From positions 48,118 to 112,117 of the forward strand of contig CANHQJ010000012.1 of the NCBI GenBank assembly GCA_947462875.1: a stretch of DNA of 64,000 nucleotides, read 5' to 3'. This DNA is from Verrucomicrobiia bacterium (GTDB lineage: Bacteria; Verrucomicrobiota; Verrucomicrobiia; Verrucomicrobiales; Akkermansiaceae). Position numbers and translations under genes: made by a program. Below are positions 1 through 10,900 of this stretch, piece after piece. Within the stretch, counting starts at the first letter, position 1; the number at the start of each line of letters is the position of its first letter. Below the pieces are notes generated by a model. That model saw only the letters and a list, made by a program, of their open reading frames with translations. It had not been told where the DNA came from and made no database searches.

Positions 1-618
1 TCCACCTTCGTTCTCCCAACTTGGTTTCAACAGTCCCGGTTCGTCCGGATAGGTTCCGCACACGATTTGCACGACCGAGAACCCTTTCTTTTTGCGGTCG
101 GCTGTTAGCTCTTGGAAACCTTCCCACGTCATCCGTTTGCACAAGCCTTTCCACCAGGTGTCGCCGAGCCAGAGGAACGGTGCGCCGTCGGTGTATTCGA
201 AGTGGCGCTGGTCTTTGGTCACGCGCAGCGGCCCGTGTTTGAGCAGAGGATTATCGCCTGTGTAGGCTGTGACTGACAGGGTTTGATCTTTCCCGTTGAG
301 ACCGTCGTTGGCCTTGTCATTACATTCAACGCGGTAGCTATATTTCCCCTGCACAGGCGGCGCGAATCGAACCGTCCACTTCTTGTCGCCGGCCCAGAAT
401 GCCGGGACCTTCCATTGCTTGTCGCCCTGCTGGAAGATGACATCCACCTCAATTTCCGTGAATGGATTGTCATACTTCCGCGCGGAGGTGAAAGATGTTT
501 CAAAGACAGCCCATTGCTCCGCATTGATAGCGATGTTGGGTTTTTGCGGCGAATCAACGGCATGCAGCACTGCCAGTGGAGCGAACAGCAGGGCGGCGAG
601 GATGACTTTGATTTTCAT
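1..618 (-). CDS. DUF5060/DUF4038-domain glycoside hydrolase-like protein (GH140-like), C-terminally truncated by the window edge; 5' part present
   Basis: Minus-strand translation from ATG at 618 gives MKIKVILAALLFAPLAVLHA (signal peptide), then DUF5060-like ...NPFTEIEVDVIFQQGDKQWKVPAFWAGDKKWTVRFAPPVQGKYSYRVE and the start of DUF4038 (RHFEYTDGAPFLWLGDTWW). It runs off the window at position 1. Its start overlaps the stop of the upstream esterase gene (ATGA at 615-618). Confidence 0.7.
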   Translation of the reverse strand, partial: MKIKVILAALLFAPLAVLHAVDSPQKPNIAINAEQWAVFETSFTSARKYDNPFTEIEVDVIFQQGDKQWKVPAFWAGDKKWTVRFAPPVQGKYSYRVECNDKANDGLNGKDQTLSVTAYTGDNPLLKHGPLRVTKDQRHFEYTDGAPFLWLGDTWWKGLCKRMTWEGFQELTADRKKKGFSVVQIVCGTYPDEPGLLKPSWENEGG

Positions 619-1865
619 GGCTGCTTGAGCATCTTGAGATTCGCCTCGGCAAAATTTTTGCCCATCAGGGCGAAGGTCTTGGCGCAGCCGAGGTAATGGT
701 AGCCGGCATTCGATGCGCCGCGTTTCCAGAGGGCGACTTCGGCAGGGGAGATGAGATCGGCTTCGTATTTCTTCAGGTATTCCTTCTTCTGCTCGTCGGT
801 CATTTTGCCGTCGGCATTGGCATGGTCTTTGTGATTCGAATTCAGGAAATGGTTCATCTGGCTCACTTGGGCGCGCTTGGCATCGATGGCACCGAGTTCG
901 TCGGACCAAAATGGTGCGGTTGGCACGGCGATGACATTGCCTTGGAACTCCGGCAGACTAGCGGGTGTGGCCATGGCTTGGCGGAAGGCTGTCATGCTGG
1001 AGGATTCATCCTTCAGTCCGCCCACTCCCATCACGCCGATGACGAATGGCATTTTCGCAGCCGATAGGTCCTTGCGCACATCACGGATGAAGTGATCTAA
1101 CAATTCCGAGTAAAGGGCATAACGATTGGGTTTGTTGTGACCCGGATAGACTTGACCATCGACCATGTCGTTGAAACCCTGGAGCCAGGAGAAGCCGGCG
1201 ATTTCATAGCCTTGGGAGGCGTCGTATGCGGGACAGACCTGCTTCGGATCGGCGAGCACTTTTTTCACATGATCGATCATGAGTCGATAGTAAACGCCGG
1301 TGGCCGCGGTCTTTTCAGCGTTCCATTTCTGTCTGTCCTCGGCCTTCGGAATCCCGTGTGCTCCCTGAGGATGCTTGTCCCACAATTCCTGGGTCTCCTT
1401 CGGCATCACGTATGGCCCGGCACTGGGCGGGCGGAAGTCGGTGTGCAGGCTCTTGCCGCCCCAGGCCGCTTTGATGATGAGGATCGGCTCATCGAGGGCT
1501 TTGTCCATGGTGAGGCCGAAGGTGAACTCGGGTCCGATCTTGTCGCCGGGCTTGCTTGGATCCTGGCCCCACATCGAGCCATAACCTGCCGTGAGTTTTC
1601 CAGAGAGCACGAAGTTTTTGTCATTCGCTCCGGTCAGGTAGGAAATCCATGTTTGCTCGCAGACGCTTGGTTTGCCATCGGCACCACGCATCATTTTTAA
1701 TAGTGGTGCGGTGGCCGGATCATCGCCGATGTAATCGAAGGTCGAGATATTCGCTGGGCCTTCCATGTTCGATTGCCCGGCGAGGATGAAGACCTTGAGC
1801 GGCTTGGCGTGGGAACAGACGGTGGTGATGACGGCTGCGGCGATGAGAGCGAAGTTGTGTTTCAT
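615..1865 (-). CDS. SASA/DUF303-type carbohydrate O-acetylesterase (sialate O-acetylesterase-like, SGNH fold), secreted
   Basis: 416-aa ORF with N-terminal signal peptide. Catalytic motif LKVFILAGQSNMEG is typical of the sialic-acid-specific 9-O-acetylesterase family. Confidence 0.75.
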   Translation of the reverse strand: MKHNFALIAAAVITTVCSHAKPLKVFILAGQSNMEGPANISTFDYIGDDPATAPLLKMMRGADGKPSVCEQTWISYLTGANDKNFVLSGKLTAGYGSMWGQDPSKPGDKIGPEFTFGLTMDKALDEPILIIKAAWGGKSLHTDFRPPSAGPYVMPKETQELWDKHPQGAHGIPKAEDRQKWNAEKTAATGVYYRLMIDHVKKVLADPKQVCPAYDASQGYEIAGFSWLQGFNDMVDGQVYPGHNKPNRYALYSELLDHFIRDVRKDLSAAKMPFVIGVMGVGGLKDESSSMTAFRQAMATPASLPEFQGNVIAVPTAPFWSDELGAIDAKRAQVSQMNHFLNSNHKDHANADGKMTDEQKKEYLKKYEADLISPAEVALWKRGASNAGYHYLGCAKTFALMGKNFAEANLKMLKQP

Positions 1866-1915
1866 GACGAGAAAGTAACGATACGTATCAGGGAATCGGG
1901 ACCTGTCGCGAGATT

Positions 1916-4270
1916 TTACAGGTAAATCTTGTATGTCTCTCCTGCTTGGGTGGGGAATTCCCTGATGCCGTTGTCTTGTTCAACAGGAGGAATGATGTTT
2001 CCCGCGTGGTGCACCGTGGCAGTGGCTCCGACTCTGATGCGACAAGTTTGCCCTTGCTTGGATAGAATTTCCACCGTCGTCAACTTTCCCAGATCCCACC
2101 GGAAATCGAGTTCAAAAGCCCCGCGAGCGCAGACGCCGCGGAAGCGACCGCTGCTCCATTGTTGGGGAAGAGCGGGGAGGAGTTCGATGAATCCTTCGTG
2201 CGACTGTATCAGCATCTCGTTGATTGCGGCGGTCAGACCGAGTGAGCCGTCCACTTGCAGAGGCGTGAAGCATTTGGCAAACAGTTGCGGGTAGGCTTGG
2301 TTTTTGAGGTATCCTTGGAAAATCCTATGCGCTCTCTCGCCATCAAACAGACGTGCCCAGAGCGACATTTTCCACGCATGCGAAAACCCCGTGCCTCCAT
2401 CGCCGCGTTGTTCGAGAACGGCTTTGATCGGCTCGATGAATTGCGGGGTTCTGCGGGCGGACAGCACATGTCCCGGGTAGATGCCATAGAGGTGCGAAAA
2501 GTGCCGGTGTTTTTCCTCCATCTGCGCGTAATCCTCGGACCATTCCTGCAGAGTCCCGTCGCTGCCAACTTGCGGTGGGACCAGCTTCGCCCGGGCGATG
2601 GTCACCTCGTTTGCCATTTGCTTATCGACATCTAACAATTGACACGCCTCAGCGAAATGGCCGAAGAGATCCGACAAAATTTGCATGTCGATGCTGGCAC
2701 CGTAACAGATGGTGGTGAAGTAGTAACTGCCGGTGACTTCATCGAAAAAATAGCGATAGCCCGGACCTTGCGGAGGGTTTTCGGGAGAGGTCGAAGGATT
2801 GGTCACCAACCACCGGCCGTTCGGATGCGGCACCAGAAAATCCATGAAAAACTCCACCGCGCCCTTGAGCACGGGATAGAGTTCGAGGAGGAACTTGTGA
2901 TCCAGCGTGTAACGATAATGCTCCCAGAGTTGATTCGCGAGCCATGCGCCGCCGACGGTGAAGGTGCCCCAGGTGGGGCCATCCATCGGTGCCGTGACTC
3001 GCCAGAGATCGGTGTTTTGGTGAAACACCCAGCCGCGCGCGCCATAGTGCTCGCGTGCGACTTGCGCTCCCTGGTCGGTGAGTTCCCTGACCAAGCGGAT
3101 CAGCGGCTCCGCGCAATCCGATAGATTGCCGGAATCCACCGGCCAGTAATTCATTTGCAGGTTGATGTTGGTCGTGTATTTCGAGTCCCAACTGGGATTC
3201 ATGCTTTCGTTCCAGATGCCCTGAAGATTTGCGGCCTGCGTTCCGGGGCGCGAGGATGCGATCAGCAAGTAGCGACCGAAGTGATAGCAGAGCGCCGCGA
3301 GATTCGGATCCGTCTCGTATGCGGCCATTCGTTCATTGGTGGGAAGGAAAGAGGAGTTGGTCGTTTCCAGGTCGATTCGCACTCTTTGAAAGTAACCGCG
3401 ATGATCTGTGATCGCGGCATCGCGGATGGCATCGTAGGACTTGCCTTGTATGCCTGCGAGGGTGCGGGTGACGCGTGCGGCGGGATCGGCGCTGACGTCC
3501 TTGTAGTTCACAAAGTTCGTGGCTGCTGTGAGATACAAGGTCACGGCATCCGCTTGGTGCACGGTCATTTCCGTGTCATCCACTGTCACCGTGCCGCCTT
3601 CCAGAACGGCGATCAGCTGCACCTGATAGCGCAGTGCTCCGGTCACGCCCAGATAATCCGCCGATTTGCCGCGAATCATCAGTCCATCCTGACCCACGCC
3701 ATCCATGTGGAAATAGTCCGTTGCGTAGTTCGAGTGCGCCGCATTGCGACAGCCGCGCAAACTGGCTTTGAAAGAAATGTTCTGCGCTGCATCGGCCGTG
3801 AGCCGGATGGCAATCACCTGGTCTGGTGCGGAGGAAAAAACGCTTCGTTGGAAATTCACGTTGTTTGCCTTGTAAGAGACACGGGTGATGCCCGTTTGCA
3901 GGTCCAGCGCACGATGATAGTCAGTGACTTCCTTTTGATTCTCAAAAAACAAGTGAAGGTTGCCGATGGATTGGTATTTCTGCTGCTCCACGGGATAGCC
4001 CATGAGGTGACGCCCAAACAGCTTGTGTGCGGCGATCGGTTGGCCCGCGAAGAGCAATCGTTGGATTTCCGGCAGGATTTCCTTTCCTCCTTGGACCACG
4101 GAAGAATAAGGGCCTCCGGACCAATACGTGTCCTCGTTCAGTTGGATGCGCTCTTCGCCGTGGTTCCCGAAAACCATCGCGCCCAAACGCCCGTTGCCCA
4201 CAGGCAGCGCCTCTTCCCAGGCCTTCGCGGGAGTGGTATACCAGAGATAAGTGGAGGGATCGAAATTCAT
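1916..4270 (-). CDS. Glycoside hydrolase family 95 (alpha-L-fucosidase-type)
   Basis: 784 aa. The N-terminus WYTTPAKAWEEALPVGNGRLGAMVFGNHGEERIQLNEDTYWSGGPY is the hallmark GH95 N-terminal domain. The length is typical of GH95. Confidence 0.8.
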   Translation of the reverse strand: MNFDPSTYLWYTTPAKAWEEALPVGNGRLGAMVFGNHGEERIQLNEDTYWSGGPYSSVVQGGKEILPEIQRLLFAGQPIAAHKLFGRHLMGYPVEQQKYQSIGNLHLFFENQKEVTDYHRALDLQTGITRVSYKANNVNFQRSVFSSAPDQVIAIRLTADAAQNISFKASLRGCRNAAHSNYATDYFHMDGVGQDGLMIRGKSADYLGVTGALRYQVQLIAVLEGGTVTVDDTEMTVHQADAVTLYLTAATNFVNYKDVSADPAARVTRTLAGIQGKSYDAIRDAAITDHRGYFQRVRIDLETTNSSFLPTNERMAAYETDPNLAALCYHFGRYLLIASSRPGTQAANLQGIWNESMNPSWDSKYTTNINLQMNYWPVDSGNLSDCAEPLIRLVRELTDQGAQVAREHYGARGWVFHQNTDLWRVTAPMDGPTWGTFTVGGAWLANQLWEHYRYTLDHKFLLELYPVLKGAVEFFMDFLVPHPNGRWLVTNPSTSPENPPQGPGYRYFFDEVTGSYYFTTICYGASIDMQILSDLFGHFAEACQLLDVDKQMANEVTIARAKLVPPQVGSDGTLQEWSEDYAQMEEKHRHFSHLYGIYPGHVLSARRTPQFIEPIKAVLEQRGDGGTGFSHAWKMSLWARLFDGERAHRIFQGYLKNQAYPQLFAKCFTPLQVDGSLGLTAAINEMLIQSHEGFIELLPALPQQWSSGRFRGVCARGAFELDFRWDLGKLTTVEILSKQGQTCRIRVGATATVHHAGNIIPPVEQDNGIREFPTQAGETYKIYL

Positions 4271-4353
4271 GCCGATCTATCTACTTTCCCTCGCGGTCTC
4301 ATTGTTTCATCGACTCGCTTTTTTTGCATGTCGTGAAACGATCGCGAGGGAAT

Positions 4354-5937
4354 TCATTCCTTTTTTAAAACGTGCCCGTGATACAGATAGAGTGCGCCAT
4401 AGGTCCAGTTGGGTTTTGGCATTCCGGGGAAATTGACGCGGTCCATCATGAGCGCGATGTAGGGGGCAGGGTATTCGTCGGGAAGTGGAATGACATTCGG
4501 CCAGATTCTCGATCCGTTCCCTTCATTCCACGGCGGCAATGAAATTTGCAGTTCTCCCGTAGGGCCTAGATCGGGATAGCTGCGAATGTAAATTTTCCGA
4601 TCCGCACTGCCAAACAGAGCGTAGCGTTTTGTGCCGATTTTCTGGATCATGGTGCCCGTGCTGTCCATTTCCACGGGCCCCGCAAGTCGGGTGAAGCCAC
4701 GGTCCCAGTGATCGCTCTCCCACATGCCTGCGCGATATTTTTTGCCGTGTTCGCAGAGAAGCAGTCGCCACTTTCCTGCCTCCTTGTCATAGATGCCGTG
4801 CGGGTCTTCGTGCGCTCCGGCGATGCCGATGGGCCTGGCTTTCATGATGGAAAATCCCTTGCGCGGATCGCGTGCGGAAGACACGGCAAGTATGGTTTTT
4901 TCCTCGCTTTTGCCCGCTCCTCCCAGAGCGCTGAAGCCGGTGGTCCAACCCCGCCACTCGCCCGTCTTGGAGTCGCGAAACAGGTGCGAGGCCAATTCGT
5001 TGCGGAAAAGTCCATCGTTCATGTCAAAGACGATGACACCCTCGAATCGAAGGTCGAAGACGGATGGGTTGAAGGAAAAAACTCCCTGAAGCGGATGCGG
5101 TAGTGCGCGTCCGCGCAAGGTCATCGTCATCCATAGGCGTCCGTCGTCGAGCAGAGGCGTTCCCTCTTCGTCCGTCATGGCGCGGATATCCGCCTGACCG
5201 GAGCCGGGGGAGAGGTAGGATGAGGCTTGTGCGATCATGATCTGAGCATCGGCCTTCAGTTCCGTCTTGATCGCAAAGTCCATTTGTTGGATTCTTTTGC
5301 GCTCTCTCAGGTCAAAGTGTTTGGAGAAATCCGAGAAGCCGATGAGCGTCGATTTGCCGTGGGATTCGAGAAACAAATTCACTCCTACGGCCGACATCTG
5401 GGCGCGCAGGGTCAGACCCTTCAAGGAGGTTCCCGCAGGCACAGGCCAGGATTGTTCCGGCACTGCGGCACCAGCGGCGATCATGTTCCAGGTGAGCGTC
5501 ACCGGTTTTCCGTCTTTGAACTGCAATCCCGCGGTCAATGAGTCGCCTTGGCTGGAATGCTGGAATGTCAGGGCGATCGCGCCATCGCCCGAAGCCTGTT
5601 GAATCTCCAGATCGTAAGTGGCAAAGGGATTGAATCCGCCCACCCATCGCAGCGAGGATGTGCTTTGCTGGGGAGAGATGCCTTTGAGACAACCATCCTG
5701 CAAATCCCAGCGTAGCGCCGAAGCGGAAAGCAGCTCCGGATGCATCAGATCGAGATCGATTACCTTGGCCGGGCGCAGGGAACTGAGGGGAATCCGATGG
5801 CTCGCATCGAAGATCAGGCGCGTGACGGCTTGGCGGCGAAACTGGATGTCCTCGGGTTTTACCTCGCTTTCGTCGGCAAGAAGCACTGGTTGCCAAAACA
5901 AAGGAGAGAGGAGAGCTATGAAGCGTAAAAGACGCAT
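4354..5937 (-). CDS. Hypothetical secreted protein (unassigned fold; candidate novel CAZyme given its context)
   Basis: 527-aa ORF with signal peptide (MRLLRFIALLSPLFWQPVLLA). It lies between the GH95 and galM genes on the same strand. I recognised no family motif. Confidence 0.5.
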   Translation of the reverse strand: MRLLRFIALLSPLFWQPVLLADESEVKPEDIQFRRQAVTRLIFDASHRIPLSSLRPAKVIDLDLMHPELLSASALRWDLQDGCLKGISPQQSTSSLRWVGGFNPFATYDLEIQQASGDGAIALTFQHSSQGDSLTAGLQFKDGKPVTLTWNMIAAGAAVPEQSWPVPAGTSLKGLTLRAQMSAVGVNLFLESHGKSTLIGFSDFSKHFDLRERKRIQQMDFAIKTELKADAQIMIAQASSYLSPGSGQADIRAMTDEEGTPLLDDGRLWMTMTLRGRALPHPLQGVFSFNPSVFDLRFEGVIVFDMNDGLFRNELASHLFRDSKTGEWRGWTTGFSALGGAGKSEEKTILAVSSARDPRKGFSIMKARPIGIAGAHEDPHGIYDKEAGKWRLLLCEHGKKYRAGMWESDHWDRGFTRLAGPVEMDSTGTMIQKIGTKRYALFGSADRKIYIRSYPDLGPTGELQISLPPWNEGNGSRIWPNVIPLPDEYPAPYIALMMDRVNFPGMPKPNWTYGALYLYHGHVLKKE

Positions 5938-5986
5938 AAGTCGTATTTTTCTTATAGTGGTTGATCAGGCAGATGCGATCAAGTGT

Positions 5987-7114
5987 TCACTTGATACCGA
6001 AGCGATAGACCGTCGTGCTTTGCCATGATTTCCCCGGGCGCAGGATCGTGCTGGGGAAGGTTGGCTGGTTGGGAGAATCGGGATAGTGCTGGGTTTCCAA
6101 ACAGAAGCCATTGCGGAACTGGTAGGGTTTGCCGCTTTTGCCGAGAAGTTTTCCATCGAGGAAATTACCGCAATAAAACTGCAAGCCCGGTTCCGTGGTG
6201 TGCACTTCGAGCACGCGGCCCGTGGTGGGTTCATGCACCGTCGCGGCGAGTGCAAGAGTGCCGGTTTGATTGTCCAGAACCCAGTTGTGGTCATAGCCGC
6301 CACCGAACTTGATTTGTTCGTCCCCGGCATTCACTCGCTCGCCAATCTTGTGCGGGCTGGTGAAATCGAAGGGAGTCTTCGCCACCGCACGGAGTTCTCC
6401 CGTGGGGATCAGCCCGACAGTGACAGGCGTGAATTTCGATGCCTTGAAGGTCATTTCATGGTCGAGTATGTCGCCATTGCCTTCTCCCTTGAGATTGAAA
6501 TAGCTGTGTTGTGTGAGGTTCACAGGCGTGGCCTGGTCCGTAGTGGCGACATAGTCGATGCGCCATTCGTTTTCATCGGTGAGCAGATACGTGACGCTGA
6601 CATCGAGTGTGCCGGGGTAACCCTCCTCGCCGTCCTTGCTGGTGTAGCTGAATTTCACGCCTTGGAAGCCATCCTTGACCAAGGCCTCGCCGCGCCAAAC
6701 CACCTTGTCAAATCCTTTCAAACCTCCGTGAAGCGAGCACTTGATGCCACCCGGCTCGTTGTTGGTGGCGAGTTGGTATTCCTTGCCATCAAGCTTGAAT
6801 TTGCCGTTCGCGATGCGATTGCCATAGCGCCCGACGATGGCACCGAAGTAAGGAGTGTCCTTGATGTATTCAGTCAGCGTGTTGTAGCCGAGAACGATAT
6901 CCGCCGTTTTGCCTTGTTTGTCGGGTGTCTCGAGACTGAGCACAATGGCGCCGTATGTCATCGCGCGGAGCTTGATGCCATTCTTGTTGGTGAGAGTAAA
7001 TACCTGGACTTCTTTGCCATCCGGTGTTTTGCCAAAGGGTTCGGCTTTCGGCATTTCAGCGCCCATGGCAAAGGTGCTCAAGGCGAGTGCGATCAGTGTG
7101 GTTTGTTTTTTCAT
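5987..7114 (-). CDS. galM: Aldose 1-epimerase (galactose mutarotase)
   Basis: 375 aa with signal peptide. Motifs GAIVGRYGNRIANGKFKLDGKEYQLATNNEPGG...LHGGLKGFDKVVW match the mutarotase family. Confidence 0.8.
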   Translation of the reverse strand: MKKQTTLIALALSTFAMGAEMPKAEPFGKTPDGKEVQVFTLTNKNGIKLRAMTYGAIVLSLETPDKQGKTADIVLGYNTLTEYIKDTPYFGAIVGRYGNRIANGKFKLDGKEYQLATNNEPGGIKCSLHGGLKGFDKVVWRGEALVKDGFQGVKFSYTSKDGEEGYPGTLDVSVTYLLTDENEWRIDYVATTDQATPVNLTQHSYFNLKGEGNGDILDHEMTFKASKFTPVTVGLIPTGELRAVAKTPFDFTSPHKIGERVNAGDEQIKFGGGYDHNWVLDNQTGTLALAATVHEPTTGRVLEVHTTEPGLQFYCGNFLDGKLLGKSGKPYQFRNGFCLETQHYPDSPNQPTFPSTILRPGKSWQSTTVYRFGIK

Positions 7115-7253
7115 GAAAGGTTCTGGGTTATCGTCATCGACATGATGTGCTGCGCATCATCATTCTTTGATGATGGTGTTCTTTCGTTTGATCCGGTTCA
7201 AGAGCAAAAACGAGTAATGGAAAACCCGGCGATTCGGGAAATGGGAAATTGGT

Positions 7254-7958
7254 TCAAGGTTGGGCTTTTTCCGGTTCCGCGGGTGGGACGTCAAAAAAAC
7301 GACAGATGCGGATGGGCTTGTAGTCCTGTGGGCCATCGAAGAGGAAAATGTAATTGCGCCTGCCCGGACGATTGCCCCACTGGGCGGAATAGACGGGTTT
7401 CATTTGATTGTCCTTCATGATGGCCATGGCGATATCGATCTCACTGACTTCCTTTTTCCATGCAGCGTCCGAGATCACGGACTCCTGCCCGGGCTTTACG
7501 GCAAACTTGCGCTCGCCCATAATCACGGAAACGGTAGAATGCGAGAAATTGAAAAAGCGATAGTCCCCGGCATCGATGCGCGCCTTGCTGATATCGTAAG
7601 CCATTAACTTCAGGGGGGATTCTCCCGTCTTGAGACAAGCGAGCAAAACGCGCTCGGTGTTCATCGGTAGATCCACTGCGGCGATGGGAGCGGGCAGAGG
7701 AGGTTTCGCGGCAAACTCTTCCTTGGATTTGCGCAGGATGAAACGTTGCGGACCCTGATAGCGGAGTGGCTCACCCAGTCCGGTGGGATTCGCCTGAAGC
7801 AGCGTAAAATCCTTACCATTGTGAAAATACAATTCACTTACAGATTCGTCCAACGCTATGGTAACGATCTCTGTTTTCACGACAGGATCCTGCGCCGAAG
7901 CGTATGGTGTTAGATAAAAGAGAAAAATGGCGAAGAGTTTTTTCATGGCAGGAGGCAT
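7254..7958 (-). CDS. Hypothetical secreted protein
   Basis: 234-aa ORF with signal peptide (MKKLFAIFLFYLTPYASA). Its start codon shares one nucleotide with the stop of the upstream giant gene (TGATG at 7956-7960), suggesting translational coupling. Confidence 0.5.
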   Translation of the reverse strand: MPPAMKKLFAIFLFYLTPYASAQDPVVKTEIVTIALDESVSELYFHNGKDFTLLQANPTGLGEPLRYQGPQRFILRKSKEEFAAKPPLPAPIAAVDLPMNTERVLLACLKTGESPLKLMAYDISKARIDAGDYRFFNFSHSTVSVIMGERKFAVKPGQESVISDAAWKKEVSEIDIAMAIMKDNQMKPVYSAQWGNRPGRRNYIFLFDGPQDYKPIRICRFFDVPPAEPEKAQP

Positions 7959-10900
7959 CAGATTTCAGATTGGCTGATCCAGCGGAAAGAAGTGAGTTGA
8001 TAGCGGCGACCAAAGGCTCGGTTCGTGGGTGAGGTGAGTTCGGCAGGGGTGCGGAAACTGGGGTCGCGCGAGTCGAGGTAGTTTGCGTAGCGTTGCACCA
8101 TGCCCTCGCAACAGGCGCGGGCGATGACCCTGCCATTGCTGTCCAAGGCTTCGCCGCAGGCGCGGATTTTGAAATAATCCGAACGGGCCTGGAGGAGCGG
8201 TCCAAGCGACTGAAGCACGTCTCCTTGCAAGACATACGCGGCACTGCCAGCGGCGGAATTTTCATTCGATGTGGCGTTAGAGAACTGGCTGCCGGGTGGT
8301 TGCGTTGCCATTTTTCCGACGGAATTCGGCAAATTGGCATTGAGCGTGCGATCGAGGGCGGCTTGCAGTGCGCCTTTTTGTTGATGCGCCACGTTGCTGC
8401 TCTGTGGGTGGCGATTGACAAATTCCGCCAACGAGCGGAAGGGCCCGCGTGCTTTGACTTCGGTCACCATCTCTTGGGCGAGTTGATCGATTTCGGCATC
8501 GGAGAGCCTGCGCCAGCCTTGCCAAAAAGCATCGCCATCGCCCGAGGCTCCTTGTGTGTAGGGCAGGTTGGTGAGAGAGTGGCCAAAGCGGTTGAAACGC
8601 GCGCTTGCTGGATTTTGCCACGTGACGGCACCCGTCTGTGGATGGAGCACAGGCAACTGCGAGGCGCCCATCGATGCGAGCAAGGTTTTCCACGCGTTTT
8701 TCGAGGTCGAGTTGATGTTGAACGCGCCTTTGATCATGATGCGTGCGGCGATCGCTTCCGGGGCGCGATCTCCCGAATCTGCTAGAATTTTGTCGATGGT
8801 GGTGTCGCCGCGAGCAGGCAAAAAATGCATACGCGGATTCGGCAGCGTTTTGGCACCGGACTGGAGTTGTTTGCTATCGAAAAATCGATCCCATGAGGCA
8901 CCGGAGCCATTGACGTAATCCAGAGCCATCGTGGAAAAGAAATAGTTATCCCAGAGCTTTTTGTTCACGTCAAAGGACACGTCAGTCACGTTCAATCCGC
9001 TGATGCCGTTGAAATTAGGATTGCTGGTGGATCGAAGTGGGATGCGCGGATTGGCGTAGGAATTGCCCACCACGAAACCGGGCTCGAAATTGTAGCGTGA
9101 GAGTTGCGCGTGCTGGAATTGACCGATCGATACCAGCGGCGAGCGCGGCACATCATAGACGATCACGTTTGTCTTGCCGCCGGCCAGTGTATTGGAAGAA
9201 CCGCCGAATCCCTGGTAACGTCCACCGGCGCGATTGACCTCGGGCTCGGTGATATTGCTGCCACCTTCCGCGAGCAGTCCGCGATTGCCGCCGAGGCCGT
9301 CACCCACGACGCGCGGGCGACCGGGCGGATTCCAGGCTCCGATGAATGGCGAGGTCGTGTGCCAGCCGCTGCGCTCGCCGGTGCTGCTCACGCGCGAGCC
9401 GTCCCAGAGGGAATTGGTGACGAGCGCGCGTGGGTTGGCATCGATCCAACCACGCAAGCGTTGATTCGCATCGGGCGCTTCGATCTGATTCGTGGTGCGG
9501 CTGAAAAACGACCACGTCGCGATGTTCGGTGTCACGGTATCTCCTGCCAGGTCTTCGATCAGGTAAGTCGCTTTGCTGGTGTTCAATCCGCCGTTCGATC
9601 CGGAAACGACAGGCTCCGGCACTCGAAGAGCTGTGGTGATCGAGGGATCGCTGCCGCCATTCCACAGCTCGGTAGAACGCAAGAGGATGTTGTTGGCCGA
9701 TTTCAGGGTGAACCAAGTGGAAGAAGCCGAGGATAAATCCAGCGAGGGAAACTTGCTTCTCACTTCATTGCTTTGGGTGTCTTGCAGCACGATGTCGCCG
9801 AACCAGGCGCGATAGCCTTTGGGAACGAGCCGCGTGTTTCCGGCATCGTCTTTCAGATCGACGATAAACGCGCCTTTCTCGCTCCATCCCGGTTTGAGCG
9901 TGTACGTTTGTCCTGCTCTGACAGTGATGCGCTCGAGCACGGAAAACAATCGGAACTCGCCCGGTTGCAAGTCAATGACGGGAGTTTCGAGCTGCAGCCA
10001 TCGGCCCGCATTGCCATCGCCCGGTGTGGGAATCACGCTGCCGCCATTGGTCCATTCCTCGCGCAGCCACAGCCTTGTGAGTCGGCCATCGGTGAAGGTG
10101 CCGTTTCCGGTGGGTCTGGCATAGTTGAATCGCAAATACGGATAGAGCGCCCAGTCGAAGCGATACGAAGTCGCACGAATCGTAATATTGTAGGGATTCC
10201 AAAGTCCTACGACCGGTTGAATGCCCACCTGTGCCCGATAGAACTCGGTGTTCGATGGTGGGTTGGCAGGCGGGGCCAGCTCCGCATTGAGGCGAAAGCC
10301 GATTTGAAACATCGAGAGCACGGGCGCGACCGGGCTGTTGGTTTGTTGCACATCGCGGCGGAAGCTTCCCTGATTGTGATTGGTGTAGGGAAGCCAGGTT
10401 TTGTAGCGGAGATCGGACTCGACGAGCGGGTGCCCGCCGACGAGCGGAATCTGTTGGCCACTGACGTTTTGCCAAAGCGTGGCATAGTTCCAGAGATTGC
10501 CCCAGTTGGGTCCGGTCGGCACGCTGCCATTTCTGCTGATGGCATCGCTGAGATAAAACTTCGCGGGAGTGGAGGTGGTGAAACTGAAAATCGGCGCACC
10601 ATTCCATGTCAGAGCGGAGGGTGTGGCACCGAAGTAGCGATCGCCGAATCGTTTGGAAATCTGCGAGCGGTCGAAGATCAGCGAGAGATCCGCCTTCATG
10701 CCTCCCGCCACGACATTCACGGGAAGGCCGAAGCCGCCCGTGGTGACATCGTGAAAAAACTCACGATCGAGAGCCGGGTTCGCCGCGGCAAGAGCGACGG
10801 TGGGGAGCGAGATGAGAGACTGTTTGTCCAGGGCCGCATCAGGCGCAAAGGCGGACCAGCTGTTTCCCAGGCTGGTCCATCCGCCTTCGAGTGGCGACTG

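Noticed and set aside
3155-4336. 393-aa plus-strand ORF antisense to the GH95 gene
   Set aside because: It lies entirely within a strongly supported minus-strand gene. The translation is Arg/Gly/Ala-rich with no motifs. Long antisense ORFs are expected at ~60% GC.
6086-7420. 444-aa plus-strand ORF antisense to galM
   Set aside because: It overlaps the well-supported mutarotase gene and shows composition-driven ORF characteristics only.
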